Assembly (NCBI GenBank): GCA_964532665.1
Contig: CAZHMV010000002.1
Coordinates: forward strand, 14,510-78,509
Direction: 5' to 3'
Source of the DNA: an uncultured Anaerolineales bacterium
GTDB taxonomy: Bacteria > Chloroflexota > Anaerolineae > Epilineales > JAANWY01
Length of the DNA: 64,000 nt
In this document: piece by piece, positions 22,683-32,353 of the stretch
Layout of the letters: the number at the start of each line of letters is the position of its first letter
Position numbering within the stretch: the stretch's first letter is position 1
Made by a program: the position numbers and the translations under genes
Notes under the pieces: model-generated
Databases searched by the model: none
Told to the model about the DNA's origin: nothing
Seen by the model: the letters and a program-made list of their open reading frames with translations, nothing else

Positions 22683-24133
22683 CAATATGCCTTCGCAAAC
22701 ACCGCCTGCTCCTCGGCTTCCTCGCCGCAGAAGAGGCATTTGCCAGCCCCCTCGGGCTGCTCAAAGGGGACACAGCGGATGGTTGTGCCACCCAGTTCGG
22801 CTTTGGCGCGATCTTCGCACGTCCCGCTGCCGCACCACCAGGCGTAGGCGAACCCGTAGCCGCCGGCCTCGGGCACGACCTGGCGGAAGGCGTCCAACGT
22901 TTCAGGATAGAAGCTATTCTCGCGGAGAAATGCTTTGGCCTGCTCGAACAGACTGGCCTGGATCTCCTCCAGGAGTTCGGGGATGCGCGCCGGCACCTCG
23001 GCCATGGGAACGATGGATTTGCCTTCGCGGCCAGAGACATCGCGCCGGGCGATCACCACCTGGTCGTTCTCCACGTCACGTGGCCCCACATCGATGCGCA
23101 CCGGCACGCCGCGCATCTCCCAGTCGTTAAACTTGAAACCGGGACGCAAGCCCTCACGCTGATCCATTTCGACCCGCACGTCAGCCGGCAGGCTCCGGGC
23201 CACCCGCTCGGCAGCCGGCATGACGATCGCGCGCTCGTCGTCAGTCCGCCAGATGGGCACGAAAACAACCTGGATCGGGGCAACTCGCGGCGGCAGCCGC
23301 AGTCCCTGGTCGTCGCCGTGGACCATGATGATGGCACCGACGAAGCGGGTGCTCAGGCCCCAGCTCGTCTGATGGACGTACTGGAGTTCGTTGTTCTCAT
23401 CCAGGTACTGCGATTCAAAGGCGCGGGCGAAATTGTCGCCCAGATTGTGGCTCGTGCCGGCCTGGAGCGCCCGCATGTCCCGCATCATCGCCTCGATGGT
23501 GTAGGAGCGGACAGCGCCGGCGAACTTCTCGCTGTCGCTCTTGCGGCCGGGGACTACGGGCACCGCCGCGACGTTTTCGGCAAAATCCTGGTACACGCCC
23601 AGCATGCGGATGGCTTCCTCTTCGGCCTCCTGGGGCGTGGCATGGGCGGTATGACCTTCCTGCCACAGGAACTCCAGCGTGCGCAGGAAGGGTTTCGTCC
23701 GCTTCTCCCACCGCACCACGTTGCACCACTGATTGATCAGCAAGGGCAGATCACGGTATGACTGAATCCACTTCGCGAACATGGCGTTGATGATGGTCTC
23801 CGAGGTTGGCCGGACAACGTAGGGCTCCTCCAGCTCCTCGCCACCACCGATTGTGACCAGGGCCAGCTCAGGCGAAAACCCCTCGACGTGCTCGCTCTCT
23901 TTCTGGATGAAGCTATAGGGAATAAACAGCGGAAAATAGGCGTTCTTGTGCCCGGTGGCCTTGAAACGTTCATCCAAGGCCGCCTGGATATTCTCCCAAA
24001 TGGCATAGCCGTATGGTCGAATGACCATGGAGCCTTTCACCGGCGCGTAGTCGGCCAACTCGGCCTCGCGGATCACGTCGAGATACCACTGAGAAAAGTC
24101 CTCGCTCTGGGGCGTTACCCCTTTACTTGACAT
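22682..24133 (-). CDS. proS: proline--tRNA ligase, archaeal/eukaryotic-type (class II, no INS domain)
   Basis: ~483 aa; MSSKGVTPQSEDFSQWY start; C-terminal Zn-binding Cys cluster; type seen in Thermus/Deinococcus and Chloroflexi. Confidence 0.92.
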   Translation of the reverse strand: MSSKGVTPQSEDFSQWYLDVIREAELADYAPVKGSMVIRPYGYAIWENIQAALDERFKATGHKNAYFPLFIPYSFIQKESEHVEGFSPELALVTIGGGEELEEPYVVRPTSETIINAMFAKWIQSYRDLPLLINQWCNVVRWEKRTKPFLRTLEFLWQEGHTAHATPQEAEEEAIRMLGVYQDFAENVAAVPVVPGRKSDSEKFAGAVRSYTIEAMMRDMRALQAGTSHNLGDNFARAFESQYLDENNELQYVHQTSWGLSTRFVGAIIMVHGDDQGLRLPPRVAPIQVVFVPIWRTDDERAIVMPAAERVARSLPADVRVEMDQREGLRPGFKFNDWEMRGVPVRIDVGPRDVENDQVVIARRDVSGREGKSIVPMAEVPARIPELLEEIQASLFEQAKAFLRENSFYPETLDAFRQVVPEAGGYGFAYAWWCGSGTCEDRAKAELGGTTIRCVPFEQPEGAGKCLFCGEEAEEQAVFAKAY

Positions 24134-24143
24134 GCAAACTCCT

Positions 24144-25052
24144 TCAGAAGAAAATGTGACCATCGACCGATCGCATCACTTGACCGCCAACCCGCACGTG
24201 AAGCTCATCTTCTGTTGTATCGACCGTCACGTGGACCAGACTGGGCCGGCCAATCTCGAATCCCTGCTCACAGTGGATGCGCGTCACCGGCTCCACGGGA
24301 ATGACCCGGTGGTGTATCAGATAAGCGCCCAGCGCACCGTTGGCGCTGCCCGTTGCGGGATCTTCATCCACGCCCAGAGGAGGCGCAAAGACTCGCACGT
24401 GGGCTGTGGTATCCTTCCTGATTGTTTCCAGACTGTATACGAGGATAGAATCTACCTGTGCTACGGCACAAATCTCGTCCAGGATTGCCCGGTGCGGCCG
24501 GGCATCTTGAACCGCCTCAAGGGTCTTGAAAGGGACGATCAGGGTCGGCATTCCGGTTGACACCCGTTGAATGGGCAGGGGGAGTTCGAGCAAGGTGTCA
24601 ACAGGTGTGTTCAGGCCGGCAGCGACCGCACTCAGTGCCTCCAGAGACTGACCGAATGAGGGCGGCTTCTCCGTAAGGACAACCCGGCCGATGTCATCGC
24701 CGTCCACGTATAGATCGATCCGCAACAGGCCGATGTCCGTTTCGGTGACAACCTGGGTGATCGGTTCCTGCAGATCGAAACGCCCTTCCTTTGCCAGTAC
24801 GTACGCTGTGCCCAGTGCCGGATGCCCGGAGAAAGGCACTCGGGTGCGCGGCGTGAAGAAACGCACACAGAAATCGGCATCGTCGCTCTCCGGAAAGGTG
24901 ACGAAGGCCGTTTCGACTGGCTTCATACCCCGTGCAACCTCCTGCATTTCCTCCCAGGAGAGCCCGGCAGCGTCTGGCACAACCACAACCGGGTTCCCAC
25001 CGAAGGGGGTTTCGGCAAAGACGTCAGCTTGTATGAACCTCAGCTTGCGCAC
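24144..25052 (-). CDS. PhzF-family isomerase
   Basis: 302 aa; N-terminal FxQxDVF..PFGGNPxxVV pattern of PhzF/DAP-epimerase-like fold. Confidence 0.85.
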   Translation of the reverse strand: MRKLRFIQADVFAETPFGGNPVVVVPDAAGLSWEEMQEVARGMKPVETAFVTFPESDDADFCVRFFTPRTRVPFSGHPALGTAYVLAKEGRFDLQEPITQVVTETDIGLLRIDLYVDGDDIGRVVLTEKPPSFGQSLEALSAVAAGLNTPVDTLLELPLPIQRVSTGMPTLIVPFKTLEAVQDARPHRAILDEICAVAQVDSILVYSLETIRKDTTAHVRVFAPPLGVDEDPATGSANGALGAYLIHHRVIPVEPVTRIHCEQGFEIGRPSLVHVTVDTTEDELHVRVGGQVMRSVDGHIFF

Positions 25053-25110
25053 AATTCGTCTCCTTAACTACCGCGTTGTACGGGTCGGCCGCGTGGCCTC
25101 TGTCTTGTGC

Positions 25111-25785
25111 TCAATCATAGGCAATGGCCGGCCTGTCGTGGCATGCCATGGCCGGCTCAATGTCCAGCACTTTGTAGCCGTAGGCATTGATCACCCACGT
25201 ATCGCGATACCGGCTTTCGGTTGCTTCCCGAGGGTCATAAACGTGCTGATGGCCGTGAATCAAATATCGCGGCCGGAACGTCTCCATGAACCAACGGAAC
25301 ACGCGGAAGCCTCGATGAGCGGGGTCTCGACCGTCATGGATCCCCAGCGGCGGCGAGTGGGTCAGCAGGACGTCCAGGTACCGCCCATGACGCAAGCGTT
25401 GGATGAGGAGATGAGGGATGAGTCCAAGAACCTTGCGCCACATCTCGCCCTCGGTATATTGATGATACGGGCGTCGGTTGTACCGGATGGACCCCTCGAG
25501 GCCAGCCAGGATCAGGCCGCGATGATTAACAACGCGACCATCCAGATTCACAGCACCACCAGGTGCCGGCTTGAGCTTGATACCAGGATAACTACCCCGT
25601 ACCGGCGGACAATGGTTGCCCAGCACGTAATAGAGAGAAACGTTTAACATCGTGACCACATACTCGATGTAGTGGAACGGGAGATCGCCGCACGACAGGA
25701 CCAGTTCAACATCGGCGAATCGTTCCGTGACCCGCTCGCTGTAGATTTGCCTGGCCACCTTATCGCTGATGGCCAGGACCCTCAT
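25111..25785 (-). CDS. calcineurin-like metallophosphoesterase, divergent from lexA
   Basis: motifs GDLPFH, GNH, HGHQH; likely start MRVLAISDK. Confidence 0.8.
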   Translation of the reverse strand: MRVLAISDKVARQIYSERVTERFADVELVLSCGDLPFHYIEYVVTMLNVSLYYVLGNHCPPVRGSYPGIKLKPAPGGAVNLDGRVVNHRGLILAGLEGSIRYNRRPYHQYTEGEMWRKVLGLIPHLLIQRLRHGRYLDVLLTHSPPLGIHDGRDPAHRGFRVFRWFMETFRPRYLIHGHQHVYDPREATESRYRDTWVINAYGYKVLDIEPAMACHDRPAIAYD

Positions 25786-25999
25786 CGCGGTGGCCTTTCC
25801 ATGAGAGATAATGTTTCCATTCCCGCACGTGTATCCAGGACCCCTACCCATGCATTTTGAGGCCCCGATCCTTCAACAGGTGAAGAACCAGGGCGCTTGG
25901 TTGACAGAAGATAGTATAACGTAGACAGCAAAGATTGTCAAACTCAATACACTGGCGATGGCTATCGCTCAGATGTTCCGAACGAATTTTCTAATTGAC

Positions 26000-26029
26000 T
26001 TGACATAGAACACACGTTCGTGGTATAAT
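26000..26029 (+). promoter_or_regulatory. lexA promoter (TTGACA-18-TATAAT) with embedded LexA operator AGAACACACGTTCG (GAAC-N4-GTTC) at 26007-26020
   Basis: consensus hexamers read directly; palindrome matches the Gram-positive/Chloroflexi Cheo-type SOS box CGAACRNRYGTTYC; GAAGGAG RBS at 26057. Confidence 0.7.
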
Positions 26030-26072
26030 AGCGTCAACTTCGGCTTTCCGTGTCTGAAGAAGGAGATCATAG

Positions 26073-26732
26073 ATGACGGATTTCAGCGAACGCTTTGAGA
26101 GTTTGTCGGATCGCCAGCAGAGGATCTACCGTTTCATCCGCCACTTCTCCCGGGAGCATCACTATCCGCCCACCATTCGGGAAATTGGCAGTGCCCTTGA
26201 CATTACCTCAACATCTGTGGTTAATTACAATTTGAACAAGCTTGAGGACGCCGGCCTCATCGAACGAGATCGTGAGGTTTCGCGGGGACTCAAGATCACA
26301 GATGATGCTGATTGGGAGTCACGGGGCATGGTCTCGGTGCCGCTTCTGGGCGCTATCGCTGCCGGCGAACCCATCCCGGTCCTGGATGACAGCATCACAC
26401 CCTACGGCAACGAGGTAATTCAACTGACCCGAGACATTTGCAAGGACGAGCAGGGCATCTACGCGCTGACGGTCAAGGGCAACTCCATGATCGATGCCCT
26501 CATCAACGATGGTGACATCGTCATCATGCGGCACGAGGAGACGGCCGGCAATGGTGACATGGTCGCCGTGTGGCTCAAGGACCAGGAGTCCACAACGCTG
26601 AAGCGATTCTTCCACGAAGGGGACCGGATCCGTCTGCAGCCGGCCAACCCGACCATGGACCCGATCTACGTCGATCCGGAAAACGTTGAGATTCAGGGCA
26701 AGGTCGTTGCCGTCATCCGCAGCCTGAACTAG
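26073..26732 (+). CDS. lexA: LexA repressor (S24 peptidase)
   Basis: 219 aa; wHTH N-domain, Ala-Gly cleavage site (AIAAGEP), Ser/Lys dyad (GNSM...K). Confidence 0.95.
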   Translation: MTDFSERFESLSDRQQRIYRFIRHFSREHHYPPTIREIGSALDITSTSVVNYNLNKLEDAGLIERDREVSRGLKITDDADWESRGMVSVPLLGAIAAGEPIPVLDDSITPYGNEVIQLTRDICKDEQGIYALTVKGNSMIDALINDGDIVIMRHEETAGNGDMVAVWLKDQESTTLKRFFHEGDRIRLQPANPTMDPIYVDPENVEIQGKVVAVIRSLN

Positions 26733-26808
26733 CGCAGTTCGGCGGAAATCCTTCATCCGCATTTGCTCAATGGGAATCGCCAGATCTCCGTTCCCTCCTT
26801 GACACAGA

Positions 26809-28536
26809 ATGTACTTCGACACTCTGACCATCTCGGCGATTGCCGATGAGCTTCGTGCGCAGGTCGTCGGCGGGCGGGTGCAGCACGTGGTACTGCCGGA
26901 CGAGCTGTCAGTCGCGCTGGAGATCTACGCCCATGGGCAGCGGCGTTATCTGCTGGCTTCAGCCAACGCGCAAACTGCGCGCGTGCACCTGACGGACGAG
27001 AAGATCCGGCGCGGCGTGGACACAGAGACGCCCCTGCTTCTGCTGCTCCGCAAATACGTGCGGGGTGGGCACCTGGTCGAGGTGGTGCAACCACCATGGG
27101 AACGCATCCTCCGCCTTCGGTTCGGTCACCCGGAGGGTGAAACGACGTTGGTTGTGGAGACCATGGGCCGGCACAGTAACATCATGCTGCTTGTCCCGAG
27201 TCCAATCGAGGGGCTCGATGAGGGCAACGTCGTGCTCGATGCCGTCAAACGGGTGACGCCGGCCATGAGCCGCGTGCGCCCGATCCTCCCACGGACCCCC
27301 TACCAGCCGCCCCCACCCCAGGACAAACTCCCCCCAGATCAACTCACAGAACGCCGCATACGTGACATGCTAGATGCGGCCGATCCGGATGAACCGTTGT
27401 GGCGGGTTCTGTTGCGTGGCATCCTGGGTCTCAGCCCGCTCTCAGCCCGCGAGGTGGCCTACCGGGTGGCCGGCCACCCCCGAGCTCCGGTGAGCGCGGT
27501 CGAGATGATCTCCCCTTTGCCCGAAGCGATAGCGGCCTTGTTCGCGCCGGTGGGAACAGGCGACTGGCAGCCCACGTGGGTGCGCGAAAATGACGAAATC
27601 ATCGCCTTTGCGCCCTACCCTCTGACCCAATACGAGAGCTACGAGCCGGCCAACAGCATCAGCGCGATCGTCGGCGCGTACTTCGCCCAGGAGATCGGGC
27701 GTGACACCTACGCGCAGGCACGCGGCAGCGTGCAGGCGCTGATCGACGAGGCTCGCGGGAAGCTGGAGCGCCAACGGCAGTCACTACAGCGATCCCTGGT
27801 TAGTCAGGAGGAGATGAGCCGGTTGCGGCAGAGCGGTGAGTTGATCCTGGCCTACCAGTGGCAGATTGGACCGGGTCAGACGGTGCTCGAAGCACCGTAC
27901 GAAATCGGCGGCGAACCACTCCACATCCAGCTTGATCCGGCCAGGACGCCGGTGGAGAACGCCCAGGCTTACTTCGAGCGATACGACAAGGCGAAGCGGG
28001 CCGGCCAGCACGTGCCCACCCGCATCGCCAGCACGAAGCTGCGGTTAGACTACCTGGAGCAGTTGGCAACCGATCTGGCTCTCGCGGAGAGCCGGCCCGA
28101 CATCGACGCGGTGCACGAGGCGTTGGTGGATGCCGGCTTCGTCCCGGAGAAGCGCCGGCGCCGGCCTTCGGGCCGCAGCCAGCCGATCCGGGTTGAGATC
28201 GACGGTTTCACGGTTTGGATTGGGCGCAATGCCCGCCAGAACGATGATGTGACGTTCAAGCGCGGTACGGCCAACGATCTCTGGTTGCATGCCAGAGGCA
28301 TCCCCGGGGCGCACGTGGTCATCAAGCAGGCCGGCCACCCCGCGCCCGAGCCGGTGATCCTCGCTGCAGCGCAGCTTGCTGCCTATCATTCCAGCGCTCG
28401 CAACGACGCGCGCGTGGCTGTAGACGTCACCGAAGTCCGTCACGTCCGTCGCATCAAAGGCGGCGCACCCGGGCAGGTGGTGTATTCGCATGAGCGTACG
28501 CTGCATGTGGAGCCCAGGCGGGAGAAAAGAGATTAG
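26809..28536 (+). CDS. rqcH: RqcH / NFACT-family ribosome quality-control protein (FbpA-like)
   Basis: 575 aa; NFACT-N (MYFDTLTISAIADEL..GRHSNIMLL), coiled-coil middle, NFACT-R/DUF814 C-terminus. Confidence 0.88.
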   Translation: MYFDTLTISAIADELRAQVVGGRVQHVVLPDELSVALEIYAHGQRRYLLASANAQTARVHLTDEKIRRGVDTETPLLLLLRKYVRGGHLVEVVQPPWERILRLRFGHPEGETTLVVETMGRHSNIMLLVPSPIEGLDEGNVVLDAVKRVTPAMSRVRPILPRTPYQPPPPQDKLPPDQLTERRIRDMLDAADPDEPLWRVLLRGILGLSPLSAREVAYRVAGHPRAPVSAVEMISPLPEAIAALFAPVGTGDWQPTWVRENDEIIAFAPYPLTQYESYEPANSISAIVGAYFAQEIGRDTYAQARGSVQALIDEARGKLERQRQSLQRSLVSQEEMSRLRQSGELILAYQWQIGPGQTVLEAPYEIGGEPLHIQLDPARTPVENAQAYFERYDKAKRAGQHVPTRIASTKLRLDYLEQLATDLALAESRPDIDAVHEALVDAGFVPEKRRRRPSGRSQPIRVEIDGFTVWIGRNARQNDDVTFKRGTANDLWLHARGIPGAHVVIKQAGHPAPEPVILAAAQLAAYHSSARNDARVAVDVTEVRHVRRIKGGAPGQVVYSHERTLHVEPRREKRD

Positions 28537-28686
28537 AGATTGGAGATTGGAGATTTCTCTACCGTGCACTTTTCGAGGGAAACGAGTTGTCAAGCCACCA
28601 CCGTAGGTGCTCTCATCCTGAAAAGTGTACGGTAGAGAATTGGAGATTCGAGATCCGGTCTCCAATCTCCAATCTCTAATCTCTCA
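28533..28686. repeat. nested palindrome: outer 25-bp arms of GATTGGA/AGATTAG heptamers, inner 17-bp arms, ~45-nt loop; between convergent rqcH and CYTH genes
   Basis: agattagagattggagattggagat...ctctaccgtgcactttt...aaaagtgtacggtagag...atctccaatctccaatctctaatct. Confidence 0.85.
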
Positions 28687-29194
28687 GGTCGGCATACGAG
28701 CCGGCAATCAGGTCAGCCTCACCGATACCGAAAGCTTGCAGCATCTCCTCGGCTTGAGCACGACATGTCTCCTCGCTGCGGCCGTCGATCACCATCACCT
28801 CGAACTCGATAAACGTGCCCAGCCCCCGGACCGTGTCCAGGTGGATTCGGACGTTGTCCACCTGCCACAACTCGCGCCGTTTGTGCACCTGCGTCAGCAC
28901 GCCCAGGGCGTCGGACAGGAGCCGGCGGATACCGGCTGCGTCCTGAACGAGTACCACCTGGAAGTCGCTCGCCTTCGGGGCCGGCTGGTCGGGCCGGCGG
29001 TAGAACACCAGTTGGTCCACCCCGGGCTCCTGCTCGCGGAGCTTCAGCCGGCCCGCCGGCACCCGGAAGTACGTGTCCGTCTGCTGGATCGTTGCTACGT
29101 GCCGTGCCCCAACGTGGCCGGCGGTCTGACGTGCGCGATCCAGGTTCGCATATCGAGCCTTGATTTCAATGTTCTTCACGTCTCGCTCCTCCAC
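28676..29194 (-). CDS. CYTH-domain protein (class IV adenylate cyclase / triphosphate tunnel metalloenzyme)
   Basis: 172 aa; N-terminal EIKARY (ExExK) motif. Confidence 0.8.
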   Translation of the reverse strand: MEERDVKNIEIKARYANLDRARQTAGHVGARHVATIQQTDTYFRVPAGRLKLREQEPGVDQLVFYRRPDQPAPKASDFQVVLVQDAAGIRRLLSDALGVLTQVHKRRELWQVDNVRIHLDTVRGLGTFIEFEVMVIDGRSEETCRAQAEEMLQAFGIGEADLIAGSYADLRD

Positions 29195-29225
29195 AACTAA
29201 GCGCCTGCCTGGAAATGAGTTCCCA

Positions 29226-29258
29226 ACAGACCCTAAAGGTTTCGGAAACCTTTAGGGT
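29226..29258. repeat. 33-bp perfect palindrome AGACCCTAAAGGTTTC-G-GAAACCTTTAGGGTCT, copy 1
   Basis: identical copy at 34408-34440; the two bracket the first ABC operon. Confidence 0.9.
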
Positions 29259-29417
29259 CTACGCTAAGGGTTCGTCCAGGAACAGCTTCCGCTTTGGGGA
29301 AGTATCAAGGATCGCGTTCTTGTTCAGGCCCAGAACCCTTGAGGGTGGCTGAGCAGCGACCCCGGGACTTAGGATACCCTAAGGATGGTCTGGCGTCAAC
29401 TGCAATTCGCGTTGGAA

Positions 29418-29453
29418 AGAGGTAGTTGACATTTCGCTGCCGTGGTAATACAA
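29418..29453 (+). promoter_or_regulatory. sigma70-like promoter TTGACA-17-TACAAT
   Basis: ggtagttgacatttcgctgccgtggtaatacaattag read directly; upstream of 29597 ORF. Confidence 0.45.
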
Positions 29454-29596
29454 TTAGTAACCACACGGTAGATACCAAGAACCGGGTTATTGAACCTTTT
29501 GCGACTGCAATGAGTATTCTTGGTGTAGCCGGAGCTCTGCAGACGCGTCTGTCCGGGCGCTGCTGCGTGATCAACGCTTCCATTGGGTGATAGCTT

Positions 29597-30160
29597 ATGC
29601 GTTCACGCAACCATCGACCAAAAGACCAATTGGATCTGCTCATACAGCAGGCACTCATTGACAGTGTGGCCGGCGAGGAGCCGCCGGCCCATGTCTGGGA
29701 GCGCATCCGTGCTCGACTGACTCAAACGGATCGCCGCCCCTCGGTTCGCTGGACCGGACTGGTACTCCAGGGAGCCTTGCTGGCTTTCCTTCTGATGTTG
29801 GGCAGCATATCCACCTGGCAGGAGCGCCTGGACGAGCCATTCCGGGCAATGCCGTCGGAGGTTGCCCCCGAAGCGTTGCCGGCATTGGGCAACAGTGACG
29901 CAATGAAGACTCAGATCGAGTCTACTGGCGCTGTGGTCGATACGGTGGAGATCGCGCTCCTGCGTGAGTATTCATCTCTGCAAACCCGTGCCCTGATCAC
30001 CGAAGAGATCCATCGACGGGCTCCGGGGATTGCTGTCCCGGCGGTTGACATTCCGCCCCATCCTGACAGTCCGCAGGCGAAGGCGCTGCACGCACAGCCT
30101 CAGACAGGGTCCGGGCTGGAGGGGCTGCCGGTGTATACGCCAGGTCCCATCTGGCAGTAA
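29597..30160 (+). CDS. hypothetical single-pass membrane protein (anti-sigma-like topology)
   Basis: 187 aa; short cytoplasmic N-domain, TM WTGLVLQGALLAFLLMLGSI, Pro-rich C-terminus; no cognate sigma gene adjacent. Confidence 0.4.
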   Translation: MRSRNHRPKDQLDLLIQQALIDSVAGEEPPAHVWERIRARLTQTDRRPSVRWTGLVLQGALLAFLLMLGSISTWQERLDEPFRAMPSEVAPEALPALGNSDAMKTQIESTGAVVDTVEIALLREYSSLQTRALITEEIHRRAPGIAVPAVDIPPHPDSPQAKALHAQPQTGSGLEGLPVYTPGPIWQ

Positions 30161-30370
30161 CAAGGCGTTGGGGTAAAGGTCGCACTGCGCTCCGGCTGGA
30201 TCTGGCGATCCAGCCGCTGGGCGACGGATTTGACAATCCGTCGCGAGCAGTAAGTGTCACTTTTGCCGCGATGCAAAAAAGGAGGTGAGACCAGCTCAAA
30301 AACACATCTTGCAGTTCGCAGCTTGTCGATGCAATTCGTGAACCAACGATCACAAAAGGAGGAGTAACGA

Positions 30371-32266
30371 ATGCGTAAGTTTCTAATTCTCGCGACCATC
30401 GTGGCAGTTCTTGCCGTCTTCGGTGCTGCCTGTGGGCAGCCGACACCCCAGACGGTGGAAAAGGTTGTCAAAGAAACCGTGGTCGTGCAGCAGAAGGTCG
30501 TACAGACCAAAGAGGTCGTCAAGGAGAAGCAGGTTGAGGTGGTCGTGACGGCCACGCCGGTGCCCGGGGAGGAAGTGGTCACCGCTGACATCAACTGGGG
30601 GACTGAGCCTCCAACGGCCGATCCAGCCCTGGCAACCGATACGACTTCGTCCAGCGTCATTGGCTCGATCTTCATGGGCCTGACAGACCTGGATGACAAG
30701 ACGCAGAAAGCCGTTCCCTCGTTGGCAACCGACTGGGAGGCGTCAGATGACAACACGGTCTGGACGTTCCACCTGCGTGACGACGTTCCGTGGGTAAAGT
30801 ACAACCCCACGACCGGCGAAGTGGAGCAGGTGAAGGACGCCGACGGGAACCCCCGCATGGTGACAGCTCAGGACGTGGTCTACGGCGTGAAGCGCACGAT
30901 TGACCCGCGCACCGCTTCGGACTACGCCTACATCATGTACATCATCAAGGGAGCGGAGGATCTGAACACAGCGGATCCAGCAGCCGAGAACTTCCAGGAA
31001 CTGCTGGATAGTGTCGGCGTCGAGGCCGTGGACGACCATACGGTGAAGTTCACTCTGGAGTATGGGGCCGGTTTCTTCCCGCAGATTACGAGCATGTCTA
31101 CCACCTATGCGATGCCCCAGTGGGTCATCGAGGATAAGGGTGAACGCTGGATTGAGCCGGGCTTCATCGCGACCAACGGCGCTTACGTAATGAAAGAGTG
31201 GGTCCACGGCGATCACCTGACGCTGGAAAAGAACCCGTACTGGCCACTGTGGGGCTCGGACTGGGCCTCCGGCAACGTCGAGCGGGTCTACGGTGTCATG
31301 ATCACCGAAGCTTCGACCGCCTTCGCACTGTACGAGAACAACGAGTTGGACACGGCTGGTGTGCCGCTGGAGCAGATTGAGCGTGTCAAGGCGGACCCGC
31401 AGCTCAGCAAGGAATTTGTGAACGCGCCTATCAACTGCACGTACTACTACGGCTTCACCACGCAGAAGCCGCCGGTGAACGACGTGCGCGTCCGCAGGGC
31501 CCTGTCCATGGCCATCGACCGCGGAACGCTGGTTGAGACGGTGACGAAGGGCGGCCAGATTCCGGCCAACACCTTCACCAACCCGCTGAACTTCGGCAGC
31601 CCGGCCGGCGACACCGACATCGCCCCCTGGGCACTGACAAAGGAACAGGGTGGTTGGGGATATGACAAGGCTGTGGAAGAGGGCAAGAAGCTCCTGGCGG
31701 ATGCGGGCTATCCCGATGGCGCCGGCCTGGACATCACGCTGATGCACAACGTCAGCGAGGGCCACGCCAAGATCGCCCAGGCCATCCAGGCCATGTGGAG
31801 CACAGCCTATCCGCAGATGAACGTGAGCATCGAGACCCAGGAGTGGAAGGTCTATCTGGACACTATCAGCGCCGACACCCCCATCGAGGACGTGCCTCAG
31901 GTATGGCGGCTGGGTTGGTGTGCCGACTACCCCCACGCCAACAACTGGGTGCATGAGGTCTTCAACCCTGAAGCGGGGGCCAACCGGGTGCGCATGAGCC
32001 CCGACGATCCGCAGGTGGGTGATCTGGTGAAGGAATTTGCTGAGACCACAGTCAAAGCTCAGACGGCCTCCCCGGATGAGCAGGTCAAGCTGTATAAACA
32101 GGCCGAGAAGCTGCTGGTCGATGATATTGCCGCCATTGCGCCCATCTACTACTACACCCGCGTGAACGTCACGAAGCCGTGGCTACAGCGGAGCTACGAC
32201 CCCATCAAGCTGCACGCGTTCAAGTGGCAGATCGACTGGAACGCGAAACAGGCCGCGACGAAGTAG
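30371..32266 (+). CDS. ABC transporter substrate-binding lipoprotein, family 5 (Opp/Dpp-like), operon 1
   Basis: 631 aa; signal + Cys (LAVFGAAC), SBP_bac_5 fold; AAAGGAGG RBS. Confidence 0.9.
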   Translation: MRKFLILATIVAVLAVFGAACGQPTPQTVEKVVKETVVVQQKVVQTKEVVKEKQVEVVVTATPVPGEEVVTADINWGTEPPTADPALATDTTSSSVIGSIFMGLTDLDDKTQKAVPSLATDWEASDDNTVWTFHLRDDVPWVKYNPTTGEVEQVKDADGNPRMVTAQDVVYGVKRTIDPRTASDYAYIMYIIKGAEDLNTADPAAENFQELLDSVGVEAVDDHTVKFTLEYGAGFFPQITSMSTTYAMPQWVIEDKGERWIEPGFIATNGAYVMKEWVHGDHLTLEKNPYWPLWGSDWASGNVERVYGVMITEASTAFALYENNELDTAGVPLEQIERVKADPQLSKEFVNAPINCTYYYGFTTQKPPVNDVRVRRALSMAIDRGTLVETVTKGGQIPANTFTNPLNFGSPAGDTDIAPWALTKEQGGWGYDKAVEEGKKLLADAGYPDGAGLDITLMHNVSEGHAKIAQAIQAMWSTAYPQMNVSIETQEWKVYLDTISADTPIEDVPQVWRLGWCADYPHANNWVHEVFNPEAGANRVRMSPDDPQVGDLVKEFAETTVKAQTASPDEQVKLYKQAEKLLVDDIAAIAPIYYYTRVNVTKPWLQRSYDPIKLHAFKWQIDWNAKQAATK

Positions 32267-32353
32267 TGAGGGTTTCTGGGTGGCTGTGCAACCTGGTTGC
32301 ACAGCCACCCATCTTCACCAGCGGTTGTGCGCAACCGGCGAGAGAGGTAATGC

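Noticed and set aside
29305-29706. 133-aa minus-strand ORF overlapping the start of the 29597 gene
   Set aside because: Overlaps a better-supported + strand gene and promoter, and has no RBS or domain signal.
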